Source of the DNA: Ginglymostoma cirratum | Lineage: Eukaryota | Direction: 5' to 3' | Length of the DNA: 64,000 bases | Assembly: GCA_024137785.1 (NCBI GenBank) | Contig: JAHRHZ010000024.1 | Location: forward strand, 33,216,644-33,280,643 | Part shown: positions 50,342-62,924 of the stretch, one piece after another | Layout of the letters: each line of letters starts with the position of its first letter | How positions within the stretch are numbered: the first letter of the stretch is position 1 | Notes under the pieces: model-generated | Database searches by the model: none | Told to the model about the DNA's origin: nothing | Seen by the model: the letters and a program-made list of their open reading frames with translations, nothing else | Made by a program: the position numbers and the translations under genes

Positions 50342-50494
50342 TTCAGAGATAGTAGGAACTGCAGATGCTGGAGAATCTGAGATAACAAGGTGTAGGGCTG
50401 GATGAACACAGCAGGCCAAGCAGCATCAGAAGAGCAGGAAGGCTGACGTTTCGGGCCTAGAAGGGTCTAGGCCCAGCTCTACACCTTGTTATCG
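50342..50494 (-). mobile_element. Collapsed self-inverted PLE-derived element (26791 family), 12-bp TSD
   Basis: Left arm near-identical to 26791-26905; right arm reduced to aagggtctaggccc+agctctacaccttgttatc; TSD atagaaaatatt at 50330-50341 and 50495-50506. Confidence 0.88.
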
Positions 50495-51407
50495 ATAGAA
50501 AATATTGCTCCGGTAGGCAAGTTTGTAAAAAGTGGACATGCAAACAGTGAGACATTACTGCACAAACCGCAGTGATAGGTGCATTCTCTCAGTCTGAAGA
50601 CAGCCAGTCTGAATGGCTCCATTAAACAATGCAACTGTAACTGTCACCATTCAAGTTTCAATGGTGAAGATTTGTAATGCATTTAAGAAATACATGATAC
50701 AAACAAATTCCATTGAAAACTTTCCTAGCAACAGTTGCCTACCAAAACTAGTTGCAGTGCGACATTCCCAAATATGAATGAACTTGCATAATTGGATAAC
50801 TGTTCTGTACGAATTAGTGGAATCTTGCCACTGGATATTAATATTAACATTTCAAAATCAGAAAATCCTGTGATCCCAGGGACCACCCCCTCCAGCTCTC
50901 CCACCAACCATTTGGTGAAATGACCTCCAAGCAACCGGAGTCCATATTATCAGATGGCAAAATCACAAAAGTGTTCCTGACAACTAGCATTTGTGCAGGA
51001 TCATAAGCTGCCTACCTATTCTTATGAATTTATTAAGGGGAGCACTTTTGATTAAAGTTGAGGGCAATTCAAATCTAACTTTCAAATCATTTCTCAAAAT
51101 TATCATATGGTCTTTTTTATTGGCATCATTGTTCTTGCTGTTTACACTTTCTCACATTTTATTGATCACCACCCCTAAATAATAGCTTAGGAAATCTTGA
51201 GGAACAAACACGCTACATCTGACGCCCTTCTGTCTCCAGGAACATATCCAGTTGTGTTTTTTTTTGAAACCATCCCCCTTTTGGATCCTTTTGTCTGCTT
51301 CGCTAACTTGGCTTATTTAACACCGTTTTTTAAATCAACTGCTATAAATAACACACAAGGATCTCTAAACAGCTCCACAGCAGTTCAGCGGGTACGTATG
51401 TGAATTA

Positions 51408-51500
51408 TTTGTTATCAACCTGTTCAAACACACCTTTGGAGCCGCTGGGACTTGAATCCAGACCTCCTGCTCTGAGATCGGGACACTGTCACTGCACCAT
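51408..51500 (-). mobile_element. Short tRNA-derived SINE, copy 4
   Basis: atcaacctgttca..tgggacttgaatccagacctcctg..gggacactgtcactgcacca. Confidence 0.75.
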
Positions 51501-54500
51501 ATATATATGCAAATATTCTACTGGGTCATGTAAACAAGAGAGAATACTCATTTTTTTTGCTTTTTGTAGAGAAATTGTAAATACAAAGGGGCACATTTCC
51601 AATTACGCTCCCAACTGCAGAAGAAACAGTCCTCCAAAGGAAACTTAACTCTTAGCTCTTCTTTCTGTTATTAGCAGACCGTGAAGTGCAAAGACAAGGG
51701 GCATGGGAATGTCACTGTTCAGTTCAATATCCCCCTGAGCTAGGAAAACTGAGCAACTTCGGAAAATGTATATAGTGATGGCTTAATCATCCACATGCAC
51801 ACATCCTATGAAGGCATGTAGCAAGTCATGTGAACAGCACTGGGGAAGAACATGCAGTTTGAGGTGCTCTCCGAGGTGTACTGTTCACACACTGTAATCA
51901 CACTGAGCAAGCCTGTGCAGATTGAACAATACACAATGCGCAGCTACTATACAGCATTAAGCCTACAGAATTCTCTGGCTAAAATCCTGGTGTTTGGTTC
52001 AGCTCAGAGAGCAACAAAACAGCATGCTTGCCATTCTGAACCATCACACTACCAAAGTTTGGCATGGTCATCCAATACCACGACAATACAAACACACAGT
52101 GAAAGACTGCCCTGTTAGAAAACCATAACATTGCTTTTAAAATAATGTAATAATGAAGGAGTGTCTATCTTTGGCCCAGCTTAACTTTCTAGAGTTAAGA
52201 AGAAGGCTGTTTATAAATAAGAATAAAGTGGATTGAAGGTAGACAGGCAACAAAATCCAGGGAACCAGATTATCACTAATAAATGAAGAAAGATTTCCTT
52301 TAATGGGGAAGAGCAAAGTAATTTAAATGTTATTACACATAACTGCCATAGATTATTATGTAATTTCAGACTGTGGACATAAATGGATTGACATTCAGAA
52401 AGGGAAATGTAACTATTACAGGCCATTATCAGATTGTTTGTCAAGGTGACGACTGTTGACATTTTGACTGTTGAAGCCTTTGTAGAAATTAGTTCACTTC
52501 AGGAGAAGATCAGATTGATAAATGTCCCAGTTTTGGCAGGTAGTCCAATGCTACTGCAGATGTACCAAACTCTGTGAGTATTACATATGCCAAGTGTAAA
52601 TATCATCCTGAAACATGCATTTCAAACCTCTCACTGTATACCGAGGAACAATAAGATGACTGACTGGATGCATCTAAAGAAAACATTCAATTGTAAGAAA
52701 TCCTGAAAGCAGCATTCCAAACAGCACAAACTGGCCTCTGATGGATCCTTTCCAAGTTTCATTTTACAAGTATTGTGTGGTTCAGTATATATTATTTTAC
52801 TGAATCATTTTCAAATGTACAACAAAATAAATTTGTCTGGCAGTTTGAGCTTGTGCTAAGGAGTATAATATTCTGACATTTTACATTTCCTACATCGACA
52901 GGAGGCTCAGTGGGCAAGCTACGCTCTATTCATCATGCTGTTTACCGAGAATAGGTGGTATGGTTACAGCTGGACTCAAAAGCATGGAAAAGGCAGCAGT
53001 TTTGGATTGGAGGAGAAAGCATAAACTGTACTACTAAACTCTGATAATTTTGAGAATAGAATCCTAATTTGAATATTCGAGGTGTGTAAGGTGTGGTAGG
53101 GAAGACCAAATCAAAAAGACTCTTTTTTTCAATGCTTCCTAAGAAATTGGTGATTCCAATGCAAGAGTGGAACTAACACCTTTCAAAACTAGTCAACACT
53201 GAGCAATAAGGACACCACCTCATGACATCATGTAAAACAAATAAATAGCTCAAATAAAATATGCAGTGCTAGTACCGATGGATTATCACATTATACATTA
53301 TCATACATTTATTTGACAGCGATGATCAGAGATAGTGTGATACAGAGAAGCAAAGGTCACTCTGTTATAACATCATTGCACTACAGTGCTAACAGTGAGC
53401 TTTCATCTCTCTACTCTTCAGTTTGCACTGGATCATTTTATTTTTCTATTCATTGTTTCTCAATTAGCTCAACTTTTATTGGTAACAACTAAACCTATTT
53501 ATCAAAGTGGAATCAAAAAATATCATCATTCGGCTAAGGTGCTTGCTCAAGTCTGCAAGACAGTGAGATATTTTACTCCATTATTTGGACCCAAGATTTA
53601 GAAATTAGAATTACCTTCTTTCCAACTTCAATTTTAATTTCTATGCAACCTGCATTGTGTCTTAGATCTAGAAAATAATGTGGAAAATGCAAAAGGACAT
53701 GACCATTCACTCTATGATTATATCCAGCGAGTAGATGAGACATGCACACTAGAAGACACATTTAATGGCCGGCTAGTTGCTATCAACAAAAGGAGGTAAG
53801 GGAGTGAGGAAAGGAAAAATCTCAGAGCTCTTGCCAATAAACCACTACCTCATGATCACTGGGCAAAAGCAGGATTAAATGCAGCTATAACTCAACCACA
53901 GTCAAATAACATGAACAATGGAGACCTTAATGAAGGTAACTAGCCACTCACAGACTGAACAATTGGGAAGACTCAACCCCTTTTAGATGAAGGCAAGAAA
54001 ACTGGGACAAACAGCAAAGTCAAAATGTCACTGAGCCATAGGAAATCATAGGTTTCTTCGCTTGAGGAATCTCGGAGCATATGAAGGCAGATATTCAATT
54101 CTACTGTAAAAAAGATCTTTGCGACATTACTCCATGGACTGATATGACATGTAAATTATTCAGGGTGCTGGGTATTATTATTTATGTTTAACAGTTTTAC
54201 TAGAATGTTTTTACTCCACAATTTTTTTTTCAATTTTACTGCTGAGATCTAGAAGCATCTCAAAATACATTATGGTTAAGAGCAAAATGACTTATTTCCA
54301 TTTCTCCGCAGCATGGAGGTTTAATTCAAAGGTGGCCATGCTTCCCAAAGAATGTCATCTTCAGTGGGTTGACACCAGAATGATCATCATCTTAATTGTG
54401 TCTTACATCCTATGCTAGATAACATTGGAACACTGTCATTTTCTTGCTGGCCATTTGGTTGCTGTAATCATTCCTCAGGAGCTCAATAAAGTGGATTTTG

Positions 54501-54779
54501 AAAGTTGCAGCAGCAAGACAAAATGCAGATCCAGAAATGGTGTTTCTGAAGCCTGATTTGATGCCAATGGTGTCTGCTCTGTTGAGGCACAACGTGGTAG
54601 GTATGCATTGGTATACAACTTCGGGATGTATTTTCATTTAAAGCACCCACTTACAGGCATTGGTTTGAGCATATATAATTTGAAAAATGGCATTTATTTT
54701 AAGCAGATGGTGACGTAAGAGGTTTGGAAGTAAAGTTCTGGCTTTATTCTACAGTTCAATCATGTACATTAACTTTATA

Positions 54780-55040
54780 AAATGAACCTTGGCCAAGACA
54801 GGTTGTGTTCAGGGATAACTCCACTAGCTGTTGAACAAAACAGTGTTGTAGGATCCTTCACATCCAGACAAATGGACAAATGGGGCCTTGGTTCTTAACA
54901 TTCCATCTGAAAGAGTGCATCAATAACAGTGCAACCCTGGGATATCAACCTCAGTTTATGTGCACAAGCACCAGAAAATAGCAAAAATGCAGAATCTTGA
55001 GACTTCGAAGCAAGTTGGCCAACAAATCAGCTAAGATTGA
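54780..55040 (-). mobile_element. Deu-domain SINE fragment
   Basis: ttggccaagaca..ggatccttcacatcc..ggggccttggtt..catctgaaagag..acagtgca..gtttatgtgcacaag. Confidence 0.55.
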
Positions 55041-55119
55041 CACTTTCAAGCAGTGAATATATTTTGACAGAGCAATGGAAGATGTTTAGAATTTACACTT
55101 CGAATTTTAAAGAGAGATG

Positions 55120-55465
55120 AAGGCCTGCCGGTATTATGACTAGACTGTTAATCCAGAGACCCAGGCAATATTCTGGGCACCCGAGTCTGAATCCTGCCAT
55201 GGCAAAATTTGAATTCCTTAAAAAAAACTGGAATTACCTATCTAATGATGACCATGAATCTACTGTCAATTGTCAGGAAAAACCCATCCGGTTCAATGAT
55301 ATCCTGAGAGAAGGAAATCTGCAATCCTTACCTGGTCTGGACTACATGTGACTCCAGATCTACAGTGATGACACAGACTCTTAACTGACCTCTGGGCAAT
55401 TAGGGATGGACAATAAATGCTGGCCTAGCCAGTAATGCCCTCATGTTGTGAATGAATAAAAAACA
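55120..55465 (+). mobile_element. 3585-type tRNA-derived SINE, near full length
   Basis: Colinear with 3585-3937 (ttaatccagagacccag..gaatcctgccatgg..tgaccatgaatc..tgtcaggaaaaa..aataaatgctggcctagccag..gaatgaataaaaa). Confidence 0.88.
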
Positions 55466-56491
55466 AATCTTGGCCACAGATAAGTGAACCTTGCCAATTT
55501 CTCCACTACTGAACATTATCCAGCAAATCCTGCTCTAAAATACAGTTGCAGTACACATGAAGTGAGCACAGGATCAGGTACAGCTGTGAAATCTGCCATC
55601 ATTCATTATCTTCAAGTTTGTATACATGCCATTAAAGTAACTGATTTCAAAGTCAGCTGAGACAGTAAAGATGAGAACCAAAAAGCTGCTTCACTTGAAT
55701 GAAGAAACTGCTAAATCACTATTTCACAGTAAGTGAATGGACTTTTGTTTTCCACAACAACAGTCTGGTGCACAGGCTCACAGTTACAGAGAATGGCTAT
55801 CAATTTCCTTTTGGGCAACTGTCTGGAATTGCAAATTCAAATCTGTTATTAATTTTAATAGCTAGCCAAAGGATACCCTGGAGACCGCTTCATGAATTTT
55901 CACATCACTGAGAAATCAGTTAAGTAAGCTTCGAAGGCTCGTGCAGAATGCAACTTTTGAAACAATACATTATTCATGCAGAGTTAGCAGTATTCGCAAT
56001 TCAGTCTCAGCCTCTTTTTCTTTCCCCCATTCCCTCTTTCTTGCAACTCACCATTTTCAATCTGTCTAAGTAGATCAACAGTCCTAACATTTTGATTCTT
56101 TTGAGCACACACGTCCTGCCAGTCTTGATTCAGGTTGAGGGTGACAATAGTGAATCTACTGGTGTTTTATTTCTTCTAGAAAAATATATTTTCCAAAATA
56201 TTTTATGACAGCAAGTCTTTAGGAAAAAGAAGTTGTTCGCAAAACAACACCGTGCACCCCCTAAGATCAAGTGATACGTAATTTACTTTGTAAAATCAAT
56301 TAGAACTGCAGTACCAAGATCAAAATAAAGATATCAACCGTAGATAACATGATATGGTCAGTATTTAGTCCTGTTTTACATCAATATCAGGCAAGTTTTG
56401 ATGCCTTACATCCAGCATATGTAATTATTTTCTGAAAAACATACCAGTGTGCAGATGGCACCATACTTGCTATAAATTAACACCTATATAG

Positions 56492-56606
56492 GTATTTTTC
56501 TAATCATCCTTTTTAGAGATGTTATTACATGCCTCTGGAGTCATTAGGACTTCAACCTGGTCCTCCTGGTCCAGAAATAGGGACATTACCATTGTGCCAC
56601 GACAGC
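56492..56606 (-). mobile_element. Short tRNA-derived SINE, copy 5
   Basis: ttttctaatca..agagatgttattacatgcctctggag..ggacttcaacctgg..gggacattaccattgtgccac. Confidence 0.75.
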
Positions 56607-56739
56607 TATTTGCAGTAAAGGTTATGTACATCATTTAGCTAAACACAATTAACAATTACATAACCTGTCACAGCACCATCTACAGGACCAACAGTTACTT
56701 ACAATACTCTCCTTGAAACACGGACCAAATTTCAAGTAG

Positions 56740-57020
56740 AATATGGAGAGGAGTTTACGGGAATGAGAAGGATGAAGTGACAGAGCAGAGAGGAAAGAAA
56801 GGAATGTCAGGAGAAGGTAGGTGGAAGAGAGAGCAAAAGGAATCAAGACCAGTGTGGGTCAAGCGGAGCAGGGGAAGGAAGAGGCATACAGAAGCCAGGG
56901 AAGCAGCAGCTAACGGAGTAGAGGATAGAGAGGGGGGAAACGAGAGAACCAAGGAAAGGAATTAATCATGGACATCAAAAGGAAGGGAGGAAGAGACAGT
57001 GGGGAAGAGAGAGGAACCTC
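56740..57020 (+). repeat. Purine-rich low-complexity tract
   Basis: GA-rich degenerate simple sequence. Confidence 0.7.
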
Positions 57021-57164
57021 TCCCTCTTGTCTAATTTACTAACCCTGTCCAACATGGCTGCTGGCCGAGTGAAACAATGAATGCTCCACAACAACATTAG
57101 ACGATCACCACCTCCACGTACATGTAGATGCAACTTGTTATTCAGTTGCCTTTCACTATCTATG

Positions 57165-57283
57165 TTGTGGTGCAGTGATAGTTTTCCTCCCTCTGGACCA
57201 AAAGGGCCCAGGTTCAAGCCCTACTTGCTCCAGGAGGTGTACTGCAACATCGCTGAACAGAGTGATTCAAAAAAAATCTCAAA
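57165..57283 (+). mobile_element. Short tRNA-derived SINE, copy 6
   Basis: tgtggtgcagtgatag..ccaggttcaagccc..tgaacagagtgattcaaaaaaa; flanking direct repeat atctatgttgt at 57158-57168 and 57284-57294. Confidence 0.8.
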
Positions 57284-57619
57284 ATCTATGTTGTTTTAGT
57301 AGCTATCTTTGGCTGAAATTAAAATCAGAAACCTCCAATACTGTGCCAACTACATATACAATAAGTACTGTGGTTAATATTTAATACTTCTTTGAGTTTT
57401 TCCACACAAATTGTATCTCATGGAACTTACAGTACATTTCAAGATGGAATATTGAACCTTCTGGGGAACTTTAATACTGGAAGAGATAATCAGACACATT
57501 ACCTTTTTCAAAAATATGCTTAATTCATTCACGAAACTGAATACTGTCGGTGCAAATGTTTTTTCACCACCTTAATCCCTTAAAGTTAATACAGAAAATT
57601 GACACAGTAACCTGAATTA

Positions 57620-57760
57620 AGGGGGGGGGTCAACTAGCTCAGTTGGCAAAGTAGTTCAGGTGCCAGTCAGAGTAATGCCAACAGCATGACTTCAATGCCC
57701 ATTCAAGCCGAGGTAGACGAGGATCCTGTCTCCTTATCCCACCCTTTGAAAGTAGAACAC
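57620..57760 (+). mobile_element. tRNA-derived SINE, degenerate
   Basis: ctagctcagttggc (A box)..taatgccaacagcatgacttcaatgccca..gaggtagac. Confidence 0.6.
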
Positions 57761-58604
57761 AATGGCAAATTACCTCCGACCAAAACAAAATCATTAAGCT
57801 GAAGCGTCAATAGATGATAAGTCTGAAAACTTGTCGTCAGTAGATCACAGGTGAAAAATCTTCTAACTTAAGAAACCTGGCTGCACCAGTTTTGGGGTAC
57901 TTCTTACCATTGTGCCAAAAATCACTAATTCAACACATCCTTCCCAGATGCATTCTCAGGCCTTCCTCACAATCACTCGATAACCAACCGCATAGAAAAT
58001 GTTCACAGTAACTTGCATTGCCCTTAGATTTTCCATTTGAATAGCACATGTCCGTAGTCTGCATGCTCAAAGGCATGCCTGAAAAAATAAATTCCAAATT
58101 CTGCAACACAATGTGCATACAATTGATGCCTGTGGAACGATCTAGCATTCTGCACTGCCAGCAAAGACTTCAAGCCTCTTCAAAGGTATCAGCTGACAGA
58201 GGCAACTTGTTTTCCCTAATTGCTGAATACAAACAAATGGGAATAAAGACGGTGTGAAGAAGTAGGTTATAAGAATAATCTGCAATCACAGATTATGAGT
58301 GCCATTCCATGACAAATGACAAACACTTAGCTCAACATCAAAATGAAGCAACATCACAAACAGATATAACTGTCCAGTGGAAGAGTCAAAAAAGAGGATC
58401 TATGTTCAAAAGGCAACACATGCTTTTCATTTTAATTAACTCAATGCATGGTATAATAAAGCACTGCTGCAATTTGCAGAAGGTAGATTTGAATTATTAT
58501 TGCTGTGATTTGAATCTAAGACTCCTTTAACAACCCTCCCATATAAAAGTCAAATTCCAAACAGTCATATAAGATTTACTGCTGTCTGTAATGAGTATGC
58601 CAGT

Positions 58605-59875
58605 GCTATTCTTTCTTCAGCTGTGCAATTTGAGCATCCCTCACTAGGCCAGCATTTACTGTCCTTGAAAAGGTGGCAGAGAGCTGCCTTCTTGGCCTGC
58701 TGCAGTCCTTGTAGTGTAGTTACACAAACAGTGATGTTAATGCCCGAGACACCAGGCTCTGGCATTAAAGGAGCTTCAGTATATTGAAAGTCAGGATTAC
58801 TGTTGGTGGTGGTGCTCCTGTGGGTCTGTTGCTTCTTTTTTACTATGTGGTACAGGTTGTGGTTTTGGAAGGTGCTGGGCAAAGAGCTTTGGCAAGATGC
58901 TGCAGTCCATCCTGGAGGTGCTCCAAACAGCATCCAACATCAGTTCACATTGGCAGCAGTATCAGTCAAGCTGCGGCCTCAACTGTGTTGAGCTTGCATG
59001 TTACTGGAGCTGCACTCATCCAGGCAAATACTGGGTATTCCATCACATTCTTGACTTGTGGCTTGTCCCTAAATGGTGGATAGACACTAGGGAATCTAAG
59101 GGTCAGTTACATGCCACAAAATTCCACCTGTCTGAACTGCTCTTACAGCCAAAATATTTATGTGCCAATAACACAAGAATTATAGCATTTCAAACAGATA
59201 GCTCACCACCACCTTCTCATGGATAGTCAGGGTTGGGCAACAAATATTGCTCCAGCCAGTGAAGCTCACATCTTGTAAAAGATTTGAAAAAGTTGTGATT
59301 GGTCCAGTTCAATCTTCAGTCAATGCTAAGCCCCAGGATTTTGACAGTGGGGATTCAGCAGTGGAAATTTCACTGAATGTCAAAGGGAGATGGACTCTCT
59401 TGCTGGAGATGATCATGCCTGGAAACATGGGATGCGAATGTAAGTTATCATTTTTCAGTCCAAGGCTGAATGTTTTATCCAGGTGTTGTTGCATTCAGAG
59501 ATGGGCTGCTACAATATCTGAGGAGCTGTGAATGGTGCTGAACATTGGGCAATAGTCAGTGAACGTTCCCATTTCGACCCTAGGACAAAAGAAGCTCAAT
59601 GAAGCAGCTGAAGATGGTTGTGACAAAACCATTACACTTCTAAGGTTCTAACAGGCTCAATGTCTGTCGTCAATCTAGGTGTGATTTCAGCCAGTGGACT
59701 TTGCCTCAGTGGACTTTATTTTTCAAAAGCACCATGATGCCAGAATTCAAACCTTTTGTCCATTCTTGGATGAAGGCTGCAATGAGACAAGTAGCCAAGT
59801 AGATTATTGTAGATTAAGTGCTGCTCGTGAGCATTGTCAATGACACCTGGCATCACTTGGCTGATGATTCAGAAC
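58605..59875 (-). mobile_element. CR1-clade LINE (3410-type family) fragment with an opposite-strand 3' tail piece at ~59175-59292
   Basis: ggccagcatttactgtccttg..gagctgccttcttg..tgcactcatccaggcaa..ttccatcacattcttgacttgtg..gaagcagctgaagatggttg; insert gctcaccaccaccttctc..gggcaacaaat. Confidence 0.8.
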
Positions 59876-60916
59876 AGAATCCGAAACTGCTTTGATCAAC
59901 TCAATGCAGCATTCACCTTTGAATGCTCCATCCTACATTAGTGTACAGTTGAAATCATTATACATTCAGCAGAGCTTGTCACTTTGCATATCATTATGCC
60001 ATAACAATTTACATTAAAGGCATGTCTATTTGTTGACTATTCTATATGGATATGCATTCAATTGTGTGTGGTTGTCCATTTACTAACATCGTTAACAGTA
60101 ATACACATAAATTTTAAAGTAGATGTGTAAATTTTTAAGACTTAAAATGCAAGGTTTCAGTAAACTCAAGGTTTGGTGTTTTTTTAAGCAGTGTTTATTC
60201 ACAACACTTCAAAGCCATGCACAAATATCTACCTTTCTGCCTCAAAATAGTAAGAAGAAAATAATATGTTGTTCAAATCATGTTAACTTTAATGAATCAA
60301 TTGCTCAAAATGTCATACAATGTAAAAAGTTAACAACAATGTTGTGCAATACAGTGTCTACACAAGAAACTGCACTAGATATAAGCTGCAACAATACACA
60401 ATATTCAATCAATTATGACAGGAATATACATTTCCCTAGTGATTACAAAAGATTCTCATTTAATTTGCCATATTAAACCCGAAATAGCAAGCTGTCACAG
60501 CTGTTGGACCAATCTAAGACTTGGCTGGATCCCAACTGTACAGACTAAGTGAGTTTTAAGACCAATCATTTGTCTATGTCAAAACTGGTTGGCCTTTTCC
60601 AGGGTGGCACTATAAGTGATGCACTGGACTTGGCGCCAAACATCATGAGAACTGAAAACTCAGACAAGGCTTTCCTAACAGGTCCATTTGGCAGTCAGCA
60701 TGTACAAGAATGGTGGGATAGCTCTTTGAAACAATCATAGCACAAGTTTTCACCAAATGAGAGAGAAGTGACTGGACAACACTACTTCAAAACTTAATAA
60801 CTAATCAAAGATAGAAACTAGGAAGATCACAGTTTTGATCTGGATTTGCAATAAATTCTAACCGTCATATAAAATTATATTGATGCACCATATGGCATCA
60901 GTATCAATAAACTGGA

Positions 60917-60948
60917 GGGTTAGTGTTAGTGTTAGGCTTAGGGTTAGG
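60917..60948 (+). repeat. Short degenerate (TTAGGG)n-like tract
   Basis: ggg TTAGTG TTAGTG TTAGGC TTAGGG TTAGG. Confidence 0.7.
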
Positions 60949-61984
60949 AATTCAAGCCCAATTCTCATATCTGGTCCATGGCTCTGACTGGAGATGTATA
61001 AACAAGTGAGGAGGTGTGCCAAATGAGGTTGCATGATGCCCAATGTGGCTGAGTATCCGACTAACAACATTGCACTGATAGATAATAGTTACTCAATCAA
61101 GCGATCAGTCACTTCTACCATCTAAGAGACCACAGGCAGGTTATTAACGCAAATACACAGGAATATTGGAATTAGGAGCAAAAGTAGGTAATTCAACCCT
61201 TCAGTATCAATTCTGCAACTGAACTGCAATGCTCAAGATCCTGTTCTGGAATAGAAATGCCCTTCAAGCAGATGCTGAGCCTGGTATCCAATTAGTAGTG
61301 CCAAGAATCTTCGGGCACGAAGCTGCATGTCAGTTTCCCACAGAAAAGCTATGCATCAGCCACGACGCCACCTTGTTGACTCAAGCTGGCAATATATCAG
61401 AAAGTCAAGAGGACAGATGACAGTTAATGAATGCGGCTGGGCCAAATTAAGGCAATGCAAAAGGTCCAGTGCAGGTCATCCAAAGGTCCACTAACTATTA
61501 ACATCAGAAGAACATTTCTGGACACCACATTGTGATGCCCTCAGCTGCACACTAATACTCGTCAGCTCATTACCCAGCTCTTAAAGACAACTCCTTGTTC
61601 TTTCTCGACTTGCTAATGCTACAAATTACCATCAGGATCCCAAGACAACCCTCAGGATCACAACTTTCAAGCTGTGCCTATACTGGGTCCCAATCCCAGC
61701 CGTGTTTGAAAATCTGGTCCCACATTCCTTCAAACTAAAAAGACTCATTGGAGAGGGACATAATAAATTACATTCAAAAAGAAGTCAAGGAAAGAGTCAG
61801 TCAATTTAATTTCATCAGATATAACCTGGAAGAGTCCCAGATATTACCCAGACCTCCTGAGGAAAATGGCCCTTTAGACAAAATCACTGATTCATCTTTC
61901 TCATATTTAAAGAAAAATTGTAGATTATTTGGCATGATTCACACTCTCAGGATATCCCAAAGCAATTAGCTAATTAATTAGATT

Positions 61985-62140
61985 TAAGTGGTCACTGTGT
62001 TTAGGTAGGCAAATGTGACAGCTTTCACACTATCAGCATGTTAAATGAAATCATCTGTTTTCTGACAATGTTCATTGAAGGGAAAAACATTGACCAAGTC
62101 ACTAATAGGAGACAAGAGATTCTGACAAGTATAATGAGAG
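61985..62140 (-). mobile_element. Deu-domain SINE fragment, very degenerate
   Basis: aagtggtcactgtg..gtaggcaaatg..atctgttttctgacaatgttcattgaaggg..cattgacca. Confidence 0.45.
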
Positions 62141-62924
62141 ATCTTCCAATGCCAATCACTCAAAATTTTATAGGCCTTTTTAGCAAGGATGCAGTGATAT
62201 GATATTGCTCTATCTTGCAGCCTCATGGCAAGATGAAGCCACATTAAATGCATTTTTAAATAAAAACAATGTTTTCCTTACCTCAGCAGGCTCTGTAATA
62301 AATCTTTAGCAGCAAGACAATGAAAATATTACATAGTACCAATGATGTCTGTGAAACGGTGAAACGTTGGCAAAGCCAAACTCGAAACTATAGTATAAAT
62401 AAACTCACTGAATAAACATTCAGTCTAATACATTAGTCAGAAAACTATTGGAAATGTTTTTATGGTTTAGATGCAAGTCCACTTAAGTACCCTTCTAATC
62501 CAGACATTATTAAGACTCTTAAACCATTTAAAAATTGGAATACCATTAAATGGTCTATTTCAGACTTGCCATATTGTTAGGCAGGTATGCAACAGGTATA
62601 GTACTACAAGCTTCTGCTGATCTGATTCAAAATCATCTTGTAAGAAACTTAGAGCCAAAGATTTCTTTCAAAATAAAGACACTGAAGATGAAGCAGTAAT
62701 ATTATCATGTCACTTCGTATCTATGTTGGAAAGCTGAAACAAGTTTTACTGGGACAACGATGCCCTCTAAAATAAAGCCAGTTTATTGGGTACAGTTAGA
62801 AATCATCTCTCTAGAAACAATTCCACTGATGTCAAGTTATGTTGATCCTCACCTTTGACAAAATTAATACATGCCAGCACTTTCACTGCATCCAGAATTA
62901 CAGGCTTCGGTAAATGATACCACT

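Noticed and set aside
62282-62292. 11-nt minus-strand micro-exon (ttacag|agcctgctgag|gtaagg)
   Set aside because: Weak pyrimidine tract and expected by chance; the known PTPRD micro-exons lie downstream in the Ig region.
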